Shown: piece by piece, positions 1 through 14,286 of the stretch | Layout: the number at the start of each line of letters is the position of its first letter | Position numbering within the stretch: position 1 is the stretch's first letter | Assembly: GCF_009914755.1 (NCBI RefSeq) | Contig: NC_060937.1 | Direction: 5' to 3' (one strand) | DNA length: 64,000 bases | From: the human T2T-CHM13v2.0 reference genome, Homo sapiens | Position numbers and translations under genes: made by a program | Notes under the pieces: generated by a model | What the model saw: only the letters and a program-made list of their open reading frames with translations | Databases searched by the model: none | What the model was told of the DNA's origin: nothing

Positions 1-862
<862 letters not shown>

Positions 863-864
863 GA

Positions 865-1700
865 ACCTCCCTGGGTGTTATTATTTTTTTTTTTTTTAAC
901 TTTCTTAATTAGGCCTAGTATAGGAGAGTCATTTGTTCATTTCTTTGGAAAGAAATAGCGTTTTGAATTATGTAATGGTTCTACTTTTTAAAAAAAATTT
1001 TCTGTCATGGGATTTTTCTGTTTTCATCCTTATTTATTTTCTCCTGCTTTCTTTTGGTTTATTGTTATTTTTCTAGTTCTTTTAAGTTGAGAACTTAATT
1101 CCTTTATTTTTGTTTTTAAATATATTTGTATGATTGTTTAAAGCTGTAAAATTTCCCCTGATTGGTAGTTTAGTTCTATCCCACAGATTCTGAATTGTCT
1201 TGAATTATCATTTTATTGAAATCTAGTTATAAAAGTTATTTTTCATTGTTGTACTGTTTTTTTTGAATTCCAATTATATGCATGTTAGATCTTGTCTATC
1301 TTCTTTATGTACTGTTTTATTTGATCCTTTAAAAATCTTTCTTATTTTAATTCTCTTCTTTATATTGTATCCTCAATATTACTTTTATATATTCAGTTGC
1401 ATACATTTTTCTCCTGACCACTCAATAGTTTAATTTTATTTCCTTTTATTCCGTTTTTCTTAAATTTAGCAAATTCTCATTTTATATATTTCAGTATTTT
1501 TTAAAAAGCCATGTTTTGTTTTTAGCTGTTGAATTTTTGATGTAAAGTTTTTTTTAAAATCTATAATTGTTTAATAATATTTAATTTGGTAGGGAGTGTT
1601 ACAGTTCTCCACTGCTCCATATTTTCTTTTGGGTGGAGAATTTTCACCAGCTGAAGTGCCTTCTACTTTCTGTTCATTTTGAAATGTCTTCTATTTTTCT
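865..1700 (-). mobile_element. Continuation of degraded antisense L1
   Basis: Very T-rich sequence with L1-like antisense phrases (e.g. TTTAAAGCTGTAAAATTTCCCCTG...CTATCCCACAGATTC). Boundaries are approximate. Confidence 0.55.
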
Positions 1701-1720
1701 AGACTAGCAACAATGAGTGA

Positions 1721-2113
<393 letters not shown>

Positions 2114-2264
2114 TTTCCTGTAGGATTTTTAATTTGCACCACTTGCTTCCTCCTTTTCCTTCACCAAAAGTCTACAAGTGATGCCTCACTCTCCCCAAAC
2201 ATGGTGCCTGCTAAGACTGCTACCTCCAGTCCCACACATTTCCATGCCACTTTCTTTTTAGGAC

Positions 2265-3560
2265 TTTTGATTTTAAAATAATTTTAGATCTTTAGAAGAG
2301 ATAAAAAGACAGTACAAAGTGTTCTCATATGTACTTTCACTTAGATTTCTCTAATGATGACATCTTAAACATGGAATATTTATCAAAACTAAGAAGTTAA
2401 CTTTGCTACAAGACTGCCTACTAAACTATGGACTTTGTTAGGCTTACCCCAGTTTTTCCACTAATACCATTTTGCTGTTCTAGGATCCAGTCCAGGATAC
2501 TACAAGTATTTGTTAGGTCTCTTTAGCCTCCCCAGTCTATGGCAGTTTCTTGGTTGCCCTTTGCCTTTCATGACCTTGGCACTTTTGAAGAATCATGGTC
2601 TAATATTTTGTAGAACATCCTCAATCTGACTTTGCTTAACGTTTCTCATGATTAGGCCAAAGTTGTGGATTCTGGGTAAGAATACTGCAGAGATGATGTA
2701 TCCTTCTCATCAAATCATATTGGTTGCACATGATATCAATATGACTTATTACTGCTAATATTTATTTTAATCACTCAGTTAAGGTGGTGTTTGCCAGATT
2801 CCCTCATTGTTAAATTAACTGTTTTTTCATTTGCACTCTTTGATCATTATCTTATTCATACTTCTTCATAGTGAGTAAGTAGGTCCAGCCCACACTCAGG
2901 TGGAGGGAAAGTAAGCCCCACGTCCTGGAAGTGGGTATCTGAGGATCTGTGGGACTCACATTAAAAACATGATGCTAATTATCACATTTTAGGGGAGATA
3001 TTTTGAAGTCATGTAAATATTCTGCTTTAAGTTTTGCACATTAATTTTAGCACTTATCAACGCATCTTTATTGTAGCAATTACTCCTCTGGTGTGTTAGT
3101 GGTGATTTTCTATTTCCCTTGTTCTTTCTACATGCATTAATGAGAATTTTTCCATAAGGAAGATTTGTCTCTTCTTCCACATTTATTTATAAACTCAGTC
3201 ATTTATGTCAGTATGGACTCGTGCATGTCTGTTTTATTTTAGGGGTAATAATCCAGTGCTATCATCATTTATTCTGTTGTTCCTCACATTGCTTCAGTTT
3301 TAGCCCTCATGACTACCCTCAGGTTGCTTCTGGGTCCTTCTGACACAGCTTCATCTTGTTTGCTTGAGCACTTCCTTGCTTTCTGGCTCTGAAAGGTACC
3401 ATATATATATACATCCTGTAATTTCCCTGCCTTCCCTGGAATCAGCCATTTCTCTAAGGAGCTTCCTGACTAGAGGATGGTGTTAGAAACCACCATCTGG
3501 GCATGGGATGTGCTCACCACTTCTGGGGTGTCACAGCCTCCAGTCCCTCTCAGCACTTCC
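2265..3560 (-). mobile_element. L1MC-like 3' end fragment
   Basis: Contains TAGGATCCAGTCCAGGATAC...CATGACCTTGGCACTTTTGAAGAA...TTTTGTAGAACATCCTCAAT, typical of antisense L1MC 3' UTRs. Confidence 0.7.
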
Positions 3561-4677
3561 CTTTCTCTGCTCACTGGATTTCTGGGCATGCACTGGGACC
3601 TTCTGTTCAGGTCAGTCTGCATCCTGGCACGGCTGCCCTCGGCTGTCCTCGGCCATCTCCCACTGGCCCCTCTCCCTGAAGGCTCCTTGTGAAGCTGCCC
3701 TGGTTCAGGCTCCTGGCATGGCGCTTTATTTGCTGCTTGTTCTCGGTCTCCAAGTTGGACAGAAATGTAGACATGTTGTTCCCAGGCTTCACAGTGGAGG
3801 AACTTGGTGTCATTTTTTTGTTTTGTTTTGTTCTTGTTTTTTTTTTTTTTTTTTTTTTTGCATAGGTCAGGGTAACCAATTTGTTAAAGCTATTAACCTG
3901 GAAAGTCATATCATCCTTTGATTCTCAAAATTTTTAGTTTTTTGCTTTTTAAAATAATTTATTACTTTCCTTTTATCCACTTAGATATGAATTTAATAAA
4001 TAACCCTTATTGGAAGATTCAAATAACTTTTCAAAAAAGGAACTTTAATTCAACATACATAAGTGAATTTAGCTGCCATGGAAGTTGACTGTAGATTCTT
4101 TTGATCATATTTTATTCATCTTATTTTTTCCCCTCCAGCATCTCTTGGCAAAAGAAATTAGTGGAGAGATTTTAACGGTCTTTCGGGTCATTGGTTGTTT
4201 TTCCAAACTGGAAGGTTATGTTGGATGCACTGATGTGGTGGGTGAGCAGTCCCAGGGATGTCTGCTTAATGACTGAGAGCACTGGGGTCCTTAGGAAGAA
4301 AGTCTGTGAGGGTCTCTGACTGTCTGCAGACACTTTCTCCACTTTCTCCTCATCTGTTCTGCTGTGTCTCCTTACTGGAGTATGATTACAGATGTAAAAT
4401 CCCTGTAAAGTGACCAGCAGAGCAGCACTGATGCAGATGAAGGTGTGTGTGGAGGCAGCTGGTCCCAGGAGTCTGGCTGTGCTCTGCACCTCTGGACACA
4501 GTAGGCGTCAACTCAATGCACATTTATTAGTTGAAGGAATAAGGGAGGGCACTGGTGAGTGAGGGAGCTCCCAGGGCCTCCTGCCCCTTTCAGATGGTGA
4601 GATAGTCATTCTGAAGTCAAGGATGTGTGTTCTGATGCAGATGCAAACTCTACAGTAGAAGCTGGGGCAGGGAGAGC

Positions 4678-5855
4678 TCTGCAGAGATGGTGGAAGGAGT
4701 GGCTGTTCCAGGGCTGTGGTGACTGCGGGGTGGGGTCTGCAGAGATGGTGGAGGGAGTGGCTGTTCCAGGGCTGTGGTGACTGGGGGTGGGGTCTGCAGA
4801 GATGGTGGAGGGAGTGGCTGTTCCAGGGCTGTGGTGACTCAGGGGTGGGGTCTGCAGAGATGGTGGAGGGAGTGGCTGTTCCAAGGCTGTGCTGACTGGG
4901 GGGTGGGGTCTATAGGGATGGTGGGGGGCTGTTCCAGGCCTGTGGTGACTGAGGACTTGGCTCTATAGAGATGGTGGGGGCTATTCCAGGGCTGTGGTGA
5001 CTGGGGGTGGGGTGGGGTTGCAGAGATGGTGGGGGCCTGTTCCAGGGCTGTGGTGATGGGGGTGTGGGCTCTATGGGGATGGTGGGGCTGTTCCAGGGCT
5101 GTGGTGATTCGGGGCTGGGCTCTGCTCTGTAGAGATGGTAGAGGGGGCTGTTCCAGGGCCATGGTGGCTTGGGGGTGGGGTCTATAGAGATGATGGGGGG
5201 TTGTTTTAGGGCTGTGGTGATGGGGGGATGGGCACTAGAGAGATGGTGGAGGGAGTGGCTGTTCCAGGGCTGTGGTGACTTGGGGGTGGGGTCTGTAGAG
5301 ATGGTAGAGGGTTGTTCCAGGGCTGTGCTGATGGAGTGGGGGGTGTGGTCTGTAGAGATGGTTGGGGGGCTGTTTCAGGGCTGCAGTGACTGAGGACTTG
5401 GCTCTATAGAGATGTTGGGGCCTGTTCCAGGGCTGTGGTGGTTGTGGGGGTGGGGTCTGCAGAGATGATGGAGGATGTTCCAGGGGTGTGGCAATGGGGG
5501 GATGGGGTTGTGGAGATGATGGAAGATATTCCAGGGCTGTGGTGATGGGTGGGGGTCGGGTTGTGGAGATGGTGGGGCCTGTTCCAGGGCTGTGGTGATG
5601 GAGGTGGGGTGGGGTTGTGGAGATGCTGAGGGGCTGTTTCAGGGCTGTGATGGAGAAAGGTGGGGTCTGTGGAGATGGTGGGGCCTGTTTCAGGGTTGTG
5701 ATGGCTGGGGGGTGGGGTCTGTGGAGATGATGGGGTTGTTTCAGGCTGTGATGATAGAGACAGGGTGGGGTTATGGAGATGGTGGGGGCTGTTTCAGGGC
5801 TGTGGTGGTTGTGGGAGCCCTGCAGAGATGATGGAGGATGTTCCAGGGCTGTGAT
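4678..5855. repeat. G-rich minisatellite, ~57-bp unit, ~20 copies
   Basis: Unit TCTGCAGAGATGGTGGAGGGAGTGGCTGTTCCAGGGCTGTGGTGACTGGGGGTGGGG; GCAGAGATGG recurs at 4681, 4739 and 4796. Confidence 0.97.
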
Positions 5856-6139
5856 GGGAGACAGAGTTTGGGCTCAGGGCCACGCACCCCTGGGGATGAA
5901 TCCAGCTCTTTCCTTGCCTACTGGGTTACCAGGGCAGGTCCTTTTGTGTCTGGTCACAAAGTGAAATTCCCCTTCTTGGAGAAAACTCCTCTGGGTCCTC
6001 CCACTGCCCCCATAGGAGACTCTTGTGTGTGGAAGCTGCTGCTCATGCACTAGGTCCCTTGGGCTGGAGACGGGGAGGCCATGGGCTGGAGGGGACTTGG
6101 GCCACTGCACTGGGACGAGGCCACCTCACCAGCTGGTTC

Positions 6140-6560
6140 TCAGCTCTTTTGTTTTGCATGACATTTCTATTGAAAATAGATAATAAAATTCCTAGACTAA
6201 TCCTTAAATTGTTTCTTTCCATCTCTGCCTTCCTTTTCTTTGTTTTGTTTTCTATTATCTGGGTTGTTTTCTCCATCTCTATTCCCCAATTAAGTTAAAA
6301 AGTATTTTTCTCATGTTGTCTTTTTTGTTTCCTGAGTGATATTTCTTTTATGGAATCCTCTCCCCGTTTCATAGAATCAACCTCTCATCTCTTTGGTATT
6401 GTTAGTTATCCCTTTCAGAAAAGTCTTCCCGGTCACCTTGATGACACGTACTCGCTCTGAGTTCATTCTCGATTTTCAGCCTTTCCTTCTCGGTTTGTTA
6501 TAGGAGGAACTTTTACCAAATGCCTGGGATTTCTGATATTGAGTCCATGTCTGATGCTTG
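6140..6560 (-). mobile_element. Possible very old L1/HAL1 antisense fragment
   Basis: Pyrimidine/T-rich block typical of decayed antisense L1 ORF1/HAL1; no clean alignment possible by eye. Confidence 0.35.
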
Positions 6561-7449
6561 GTTTCTGTGGGTGAGGTTTGCTGGCTGGCGGGTGATTGTG
6601 TAGGGACTTCACTATTTTGTCAGAAGACCCCTAACCTCTCTTGTCTTTCCTTGTGGGCATCGGACGGCCCTCCTACTGCTGATGGTGGCACAGGCCAGGC
6701 AGCAGGTGGCCCAGACGCTGGGCTCCCAGGGATACGGGCCTCAGTCTATGTCCAGGTGGCACCACATCTTCTTCACCTGTGGCTGTTCCGCTTTGCTTAA
6801 TGCCACGATTATGGGTGCCTCCCACTCAGAGACTGACCTGCCCCCTTCTGCTAGAGCAGAGGGGCTCCATTTCCTGGCTGTGGGGCTGGGAGAAGGGACT
6901 TGGGGCTCTAAATGGTGTCTCATTGGAATTCGACGACTCCGTGTCCTCCACACCCCTCACGTCTTGCCTCAAGAGACACAGGTGCCCCTGGTTCCTGAGC
7001 TGCTCCGTGGCCCTGGGTGTCTCTGCTGGCTTCTCAGGGCTCCTCTCATCTGGAGGCACCCATTTCCTGGAGCTCTGTCTGCGTCAGTGGCTGGTACCTG
7101 TCTGTCCTCATCATCCAGGGGTGTGTCCATACCTCCCGCCGGCTGCCAGCCCCCTCTCCTTTCCATTTGTCCTTGCAGTTTGCATCTTTCCTCTCTAGTG
7201 CGATTAATGTGTAGGGAGTAGAGATGGAGGATGCTTCCCCTGCTCTAAGCAGGAGGCGCTTTCTGCTGCTGTCTAGCCACACCTTGCCTTGCTTCCCAGC
7301 ACACCTTCTTCCTTTCAACTGTCTGCCTGAGATGTTGACATCTGAGAGTTTCTCATTTGTTGTTACGAAAATGATTCCTGCCTGGAAAATTTGAACATTT
7401 CTAAATGAAAACAAAATTAATAGTATTATCTCTCAAGGTGTGAGTTTAT

Positions 7450-7912
7450 TTGTGCATGTGTGTGCTTCTGCATGTGTGTGTATCTGCATGTGTAGGTATC
7501 TGCTTATGTGAGCATGCATGTGTGCATGTGTATCTGCATGTGTGAGCATATGTATAAGCGTGCATGTGTGTACATGTGTGTATCTGCATGTGTGCATGTG
7601 TGTGCATGTGTATCTCTGTATCTGCATGTGTGAGCATGTGTGTGTCTGTGCATGTGTATCTGTGTATCTGCATGTGTGAGCATGTGTCTGTGTGCATCTC
7701 TGCATCTTGCATGTGTGTATATCTGCACGTATCAGCATGTGCGTATGTGTGTCTGTGCATGTGTGTATACCTGCATGTATCTACATGTGTGAGCATGTGT
7801 GTGTGCATGTGAGTGTGCATGTGTGTATCTTTGTGTATCTGTGCATGTTTGTGTGCATATATGTGTATCTGCATGTGTGTGTGTGTATCTGTGTGTGTGT
7901 GTATGTACATAC
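7450..7912. repeat. (TG)n-derived low-complexity tract (GCATGTGTGT / GTATCT units)
   Basis: Directly visible alternating purine-pyrimidine repeat. Confidence 0.95.
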
Positions 7913-8039
7913 CCGTGAAGCAGGGCGAGGAAGTGGTGTGGCAGGATGTTGGGGGAAGGGTACTGGCAGAGGAAGACCTGATGCACAAGTTTAAAAGATG
8001 CCAGAAGCACAGCTGAGGCTGAGGCTGGGGTTGCTAATT

Positions 8040-8570
8040 CCCTCCGATGTGTGCATGCCGCTGATAGCAAGTTATGCGTATGACATTCTGACACTCTCTC
8101 TCAAGAAAGAGGAAGAGTGGCGTGAAAGATTCGGAGGATGCTGATTTAATTGGAAAGCCACTGAGGGCTGAGCAGAGCGGGGTGAGGAGCCGCTGTGTCT
8201 CTGCACAATGGCGATGGTTGAAGGTTGTATATAAGGTGGCCTTATTAAAGTGACAAGGCAATTTAATTCCTTTGTGCACAATGATTCTACTTCATTGATT
8301 TACAATGGGAAGGATATAATTTTGCTAGTGTTGGCAAAAAGCTCAAATGTCAGCCTTTTCAAATCGCCATACTTGCCTTGTTCAGGATGAATAATGAATA
8401 AGTCACCTTTTGTCTACAGTTAAATATTCTTGAATAAATACAAAGAACATAAAAGACATAAATGATTGCCTGATTTATATTTAAAATAAAGATCAACATT
8501 GTGATAAATGGTTGAAAATGCTGTGTGTGCAGCAATATGACTCTCCTGATAATTACATTATCAGTTAGGG
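8040..8570. promoter_or_regulatory. Candidate developmental enhancer (repeat-free AT-rich block)
   Basis: TGATTTAAT 8142, TGACA 8251, CTTTGT-GC-ACAAT 8270-8282, TGATTTAC 8296, TGTCA 8348, TGATTTAT 8471. Confidence 0.5.
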
Positions 8571-8899
8571 AGCAGCCCAGGTGTAGACCGTGGTTGCGTG
8601 CACACACCCACTAACCCACAGCCCCGTACGGGAGCAGGCCCCAGGCTCTCCATGAAGGGGAGCTGGGGCCCTGGTCTCCTCAGACTCCTCTACATCCTGC
8701 AAACCCCAGCCAGGGAAGGCCAGGGGCTGGGACCCTTCTAGCTCCTCAAAAGAGGGAGGAGGGCAACTTCAGTAGAAGCAGAGTCACACTGGGCCTGGGG
8801 GCCTCCAAGGCCCCTGGATCATTTTCTGTTTGTCACCTTTGAAAGGAAGTTTGTAGGAAACATAGGAGAATAAGAAAGCATGTTCATCTGACAATTCAG

Positions 8900-9060
8900 C
8901 AAATCCTTGGCTAAAATAACCCTAGCTTATCCACACCATGGAATTCTATGTAGCTATTGGAAATGAAGGAACAGGGAGAAGAATATTTTATGAGCAAATT
9001 ACTATCTTCATATTCTCAAATGAATAAAGCATGCTTCAGTAAGATTCAGTAAGATTCTAT
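8900..9060 (+). mobile_element. Old L1M(E) 3' fragment, probably resuming at ~9900-10050
   Basis: ATCCACACCATGGAATTCTATGTAGCTATTGGAAATGA resembles the L1 3' region; CACATCAAAATGTTGACAATACTTGTCTCTGG follows the MLT2. Confidence 0.5.
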
Positions 9061-9071
9061 TTTTATTACAA

Positions 9072-9404
9072 ATGTGTGTGTATGTATATGTATATATATG
9101 TACATACATATGTATATATACACATATGTATGTGTATATATACATACACTATATATAGTGGATATATAGAGTGTATATATGGTGTGTATGTATATATATA
9201 GTGTATATATATAGTGTATATATATATAGTGTGTATATATATATATAGTGTACATATATAGTGTGTATATATATAGTGTACATATATAGTGTGTATATAT
9301 ATAGTGTACATATATAGTGTGTATATAGTGTATATATATAGTGTATATATATAGTGTGTAATATATATAGTGTGTATATATATATTTATATGTGTGTGTG
9401 TGTG

Positions 9405-9461
<57 letters not shown>

Positions 9462-9463
9462 TA
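9072..9463. repeat. Compound (TA)n/(TATG)n/(TG)n microsatellite
   Basis: Directly visible; pure TA run at about 9409-9458. Confidence 0.97.
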
Positions 9464-9464
9464 T

Positions 9465-9887
9465 GTATTAGGGTTCTCCAGAGAAACAGAGCCAATAGGG
9501 TGTGTGTGTGTGCGTGTAGAGAGAGAGATTGATTGATTTTAAGGAATTTGCTTACATGATTGTGGAAGCTGGCAGGTCTGAAATTTGCATGGTGGGCCGG
9601 CAGGCTGGAAACCCAGGGAAAAATGAATGCGATAGTCCTGAGCCTGAAGATGGTCTGGAGGCAAATTCCTACTTCCTCAGGGAAGTCAGTGTCTTTCTCC
9701 TTAGGCCTTCAACTGACTGGATGAGGCCCGCCCGCCTTAGGAAGAGGCACCTGTTTCACTTGAAGCCCAGTGGTCAAAGATTAATTTCACCTAAAATTAC
9801 CTTCAGAACAACATCTAGACTGATGTTTGACCAAACATGTTGGCATCAGGGCTTAGCCAAATTGACACATAAAATTCCACCATCCCA
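9465..9887 (-). mobile_element. MLT2 (ERVL) solo LTR
   Basis: TGTATTAGGGTTCTCCAGAGAAACAGAGCCAATAGG...AGGCCTTCAACTGACTGGATGAGGCCC...AGCCAAATTGACACATAAAATTCCACCATC. Confidence 0.9.
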
Positions 9888-11270
9888 ATGTGTGTATGTA
9901 TGTGTCTCATTAAAAGAAAACACATCAAAATGTTGACAATACTTGTCTCTGGACAATTGTTCTTTTCTGTATATTTGCATTTTCTCATTGCTTTTGCAAC
10001 AAATGTGTTTTATTTTTGCAACAATGAGATGATATATTTTAAAAATATCTTGAGACTCAAATCTGTTGTGTGCAATCCACCTGAATCTTGGCATTTCCAG
10101 GACCGTGGTCAAGGGCGACATATCTGAGCACTTAACAATTTTCTCCTGCAGCGAAGGAGCCCCTCCCTCCCAGGGTGTCCACAGTGATGGTGGTGCGGCC
10201 GGTCCTGGGAGGGGAGGTAGATCTTGGTTCTGGCCTCAGAGCAGCCACTGAGCAGCTGTGTACCCCTGCGAAAGCACCTTGATTCTTGGGGCGTCTCTGT
10301 CCTCGCATGTCGATGACATGCCTGCTAGGGCCACGTGAGTAGCTCTGACAGGAAGGGGCATTTCCCAGTGTCCTGTGATTGGGAGTAGGCAGAGATACAC
10401 TTAGCAAGGGTTTAGGGATGCCACACCTCTCTCTGCTCATACGTGGGACAGTGCCAGAGCACAGAGCTGGTCAGCATCCCACTCGCCCTTTAGTATACTG
10501 CTGGGCATCCACGCAGGTGAGAAACTGCTGGGATCGGCTGGGCTGAGCCCTCACCCAGTTTTCCATCCACAGATGCACACGTGCACACGCAGTGCAGTTG
10601 CCCTGCTTCAATGCACACTCTTGTTTTCTAAGATGCAGCTGCGATGGAAACTGAGGAGACGCTGCACTTTGTGCTGTTTGGAAGTTGCTGGGGCTGTGCG
10701 TCGTGGCAGAGCCTCAGTGCCTGTGGCTCAGCTTGGCAGCTGTGTGTGCACGCTCCCTGCTCAGGTGACTCATACAGATCCACCACGACATCAGCATGTC
10801 CTTAGAACGCCTGTGCGTTTGCATATTGAGGACATTACCTTAATAGAAATGACTTTTGCTTATTATAGTTGCAATATTACATATTGCTTGAAATAACAGA
10901 TGTAGGAAGATCATGGAGTCTGTAACTATTTTCAGGATGGTATAAAGAGGCTGTTACAAAGCACTCATCATGAACAGTGGACTTTGGTCAACTGGATGAG
11001 GCAGCACTGCGAGGTGGCACTCAGCATCCATAGCATCCTGACCCTGTGTCACAGCAGATAAGGTGTCCTCATCTGTGCTCTCCCATGTGTGTATCTGACT
11101 CCCCTTAGTCCGGGTTTGCAATGGGGCAGGAAGGAGATGACCCCCAGACAACTCTGAGCCCACCTGTTTCTCCACCTCTGCTCTGGGCACCTGCCCCAGC
11201 GGCTCCATCACTTACCGGATTATTGAAATAACCTCCTGGCTGACTCCAGTCTCCAGAGGGTGAGTGATTG

Positions 11271-11348
11271 GAGGCCTCTCTCGGCAGTGCAGAGCTGCTC
11301 ACGGAGGCCTTTCTCGGCAGTGTGGAGCCGCTCATGGAAGCATCTCTC
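11271..11348. repeat. 33-bp tandem duplication (~2.3 copies)
   Basis: GAGGCCTCTCTCGGCAGTGCAGAGCTGCTCACG at 11271 and GAGGCCTTTCTCGGCAGTGTGGAGCCGCTCATG at 11304. Confidence 0.9.
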
Positions 11349-11829
11349 TGCTCACCCCCTTGGCCTACAGCCTCAACAACGTTGCACTGATCGTAGGATA
11401 AAGAGCTGCTCGCTTAGTCATGGGGCACAATGTTGATGCCAAGGTTAGGTGGCTGCCTTCAGTTTTCCTTCCTAGCCGGATGAAAGGCTGTGGGCACGTC
11501 ACTACTTGTGACCACCTGATTGGTGCTGTCGTGTCCCTCTGCTGGGCCTCGGTCCAGCCCTGTGTCCAGTCCTGGGCCTGCCTCGCTCTTTATGCAGAAA
11601 TGGAAGGGACACTGACTCTAAAGTACCACTCCTCACTCCTCTTTCAGCCACGATAGCGCTCGCTTAGGGGCTGGATCCTGCTTAAACAGACGTCACAGGA
11701 CGGCTGCCCCTCCTCGCTTCCCTCCTCCCTCTCCTCATTGTCCTGATAGCCCAGACTAAGAGGCACCATGTCCTTTCTCTCCTTCGGAAGACCAGCCTTT
11801 CCGTCATGAAACTTTTATTTTTACTATTC

Positions 11830-12030
11830 AGTATGTGAGAACGGGTGTGTGAGAGAGTGTATGTGGGTTTGTATTTGAGTGTGTAAATGTATGTGTGAGT
11901 GGGCATATATGTGTCACTGCATGCAATAGTGTGCACGTGTGTGTGCACGTAAGTGCACATTAAATGTGTGTGTAAAAGTCCGCGTGTCTGTGCCTGAGTG
12001 TGTGCATGTGTGAGTGGGCATGTGTGGGGG
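11830..12030. repeat. Degenerate (TG)n tract
   Basis: Directly visible. Confidence 0.85.
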
Positions 12031-12614
12031 AGCAGTGTGAGTAGCTGTGAAGGGCTGGCATTCACTGTAGAGGTCCAGGCTCTGCCCCTTGCCTGGCCCT
12101 GGGAGCAGCAGGATGCCAGGGGAAGGACGCAGGGGGTGGTAGGTGCCCAGAGGGCAGGGAGCAGAGCATCCGTCAGGTGTTCACTGGTCCCCAGTGAGTC
12201 CTGCCCTTTCTGCTTGACTCTGCCGTCAAGAGCAGTTTTTCCGAATGAGAGAACCAAGCAACGCCAAAGTAACCACACGTGGGGCCGTGTCCTCTGGTGG
12301 GGGTGTCTCCCACCCAGCTCCCGTGCCCTGGGCTGGAGTTATGGTCCAAGACCTGGAGCGGCGCCATCCAGACCAGAAGGAGATGGTGCAGGAAGCCCTC
12401 ATGCAGGGAGATCAGCACCCAGCGCCCGTCCGCACAGGAGGTGGTGGGCGGGCACCAGCGAGGAGGAAATGCAGGCAGCACTGAAGTCAGAGCTGCTGCT
12501 TGATAGGGCGACAGCCTCATGAGAGAGAATGGAGCTGGCTGTCCTACTTGGCAGCAGGGAAGTAGAAGGAGAGAGGCAGGCAGCCGTGTGTGAGCCCAGG
12601 TGTTTGGGGACATG

Positions 12615-12800
12615 ATCACACATGCACACACGTGTATACACAACACACACGTACACACAACACACACATGTACATGCATGCACATGAAGACAGTCCCATG
12701 CACATGTACATGTGTGTACTTGCCTGCACAATATGCACACATGCACACACAACATACACATGCAACTGTGTACTCACATGCACACACACACGAACATGAA
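12615..12800. repeat. Degenerate (CA)n tract
   Basis: Directly visible. Confidence 0.9.
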
Positions 12801-13949
12801 CAGATGGCACACATTTCTCAGTCTAGGCCCGTCAGGAAGCTGTGCCTGGCTCGCTGCAGACTGGAGACCATTCCCGGGTGGAGGCCAAGGCTGTGGCTGA
12901 GAGACTCTGGCTGGAGCTTGAAGTTGCTGGGTGCAAAGGCTCTGGGAGCCAGTGCTGAGGAAGTGCGTGGAGCACAGAGGCCTGCGGGTGACACTCCAGG
13001 TAGCAGGGAACAGGCGAATGTGTAGAAACTAAGACAGAAAAGTTTATCTACGGGAGTGGCCCCTGGAAGAGGCAGGAGGACTGCAGAGAGAAAGTTTGGG
13101 GGTACCTGCCCCGTAGCCCTTCTGCTCCCCTGCCGCTCCCACCCTTACCTTTCTCTGTCAGAACTGAAGAGATCGTGCTCTGTGCTTTAGGCACTGTCGA
13201 CATGAGGGTGCACATGGCCCATGCTCAGTCACCTGCTTGTTAATCGTTTCAGTCATGTGATGAACACCCACAAACCCACCGTCCACCTGGGCCGAGGATG
13301 TCTTGACACCCCCCTTCTGAGCCCTGCACCCCCAGAGACAATCACCCGTTGGTGCCGTGTGGATCCTCACTTTGACTTTGGAGCAGTTTCTGGCTGGTCC
13401 CTTCAGGTGGGGTTGCGTCTCCTCCATCTGATGTGGGCAGGAGACCAGTGCGAGGGGCTGGGAGGCTTGCCCCAGGAGTCTGTGCTGCAGATGGGGCTGG
13501 CGTTGGGGCCATTCTCAACATCTAGCACGCCCCTCTTTTCAGGCTAGACACTGAGCTCCCTGGACCTCTCAGGAGTGGGCCACATGGAAAGTTCCGGCCA
13601 TGTGGTGGGTAAGAAAGATGCGAGTGTAGTCAGTTCAAAATTCACTGTACTGGGCAGTCAGGCGGCGAGGCCATGGCTTGGGAAAAGGGGGGCTTGGTGC
13701 AGCTCACATGTCACACGTAGCATTGGCAGGGACCTAGCACAAGGGCAGGCTGCTTGACACAGGCTAAGTGGAGAAGAAATGCAAGATATGACAGCGAATT
13801 GGCTCTGCCTGAGGAGGTGTGAGGGTTGGGTCATCTGAAACGGGGTGGGACAGGGAGGGCAGCCGCTGAGCCTGGAGCTGTATCTGCAATGGCTGTGTTG
13901 CACAGGCCTGCTCTGTGCTGAGAGATGGGTGCCTCTGTCACCGCACACT

Positions 13950-14286
13950 GTCCTCCAGGACGCAGTGCTCCTGTGATGCTGATTGTATCCCAGCATCTTG
14001 CGCGCTCGCTCTGAAATGAACTTGTGTTTCAAGACCATGTTGTGGTGGAATGTGGCAGTTTCCAGGCTGGGGCACTGGTGCCTGGGAGGCGGCCATCAGA
14101 GAAAGTGGCTTCCTGCTGCAGTGACCAGCACCATCCAGGCTCTAGCTGCTCCATTCACCTGGGGCTGGGGTCAGCAGGACGGGCCGGTCGGCTGTGGGCA
14201 TAGAATACGAGAGAAAGAGCTTTATTTTAAGCCACCAAGATTTTTGTTTCTCACCTTGCCATCACCTAGTCTCCTTAAGTGACACA
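13950..14286 (+). mobile_element. Old MLT1 (MaLR) LTR fragment
   Basis: 3' end TTTTAAGCCACCAAGATTTTTGTTT...CATCACCTAGTCTCCTTAAGTGACACA resembles MLT1H/I/J termini; 5' limit uncertain. Confidence 0.45.

Noticed and set aside
3813-3860. Poly-T tract as the tail of a processed pseudogene
   Set aside because: No suitably placed poly-A signal, TSD or recognisable mRNA body.
12245-12522. Protein-looking stretch (DLERRHPDQKEMVQEALMQG / EEEMQAALKSELLLDR)
   Set aside because: The two segments are in different frames, with no recognisable homology and no convincing flanking splice sites.
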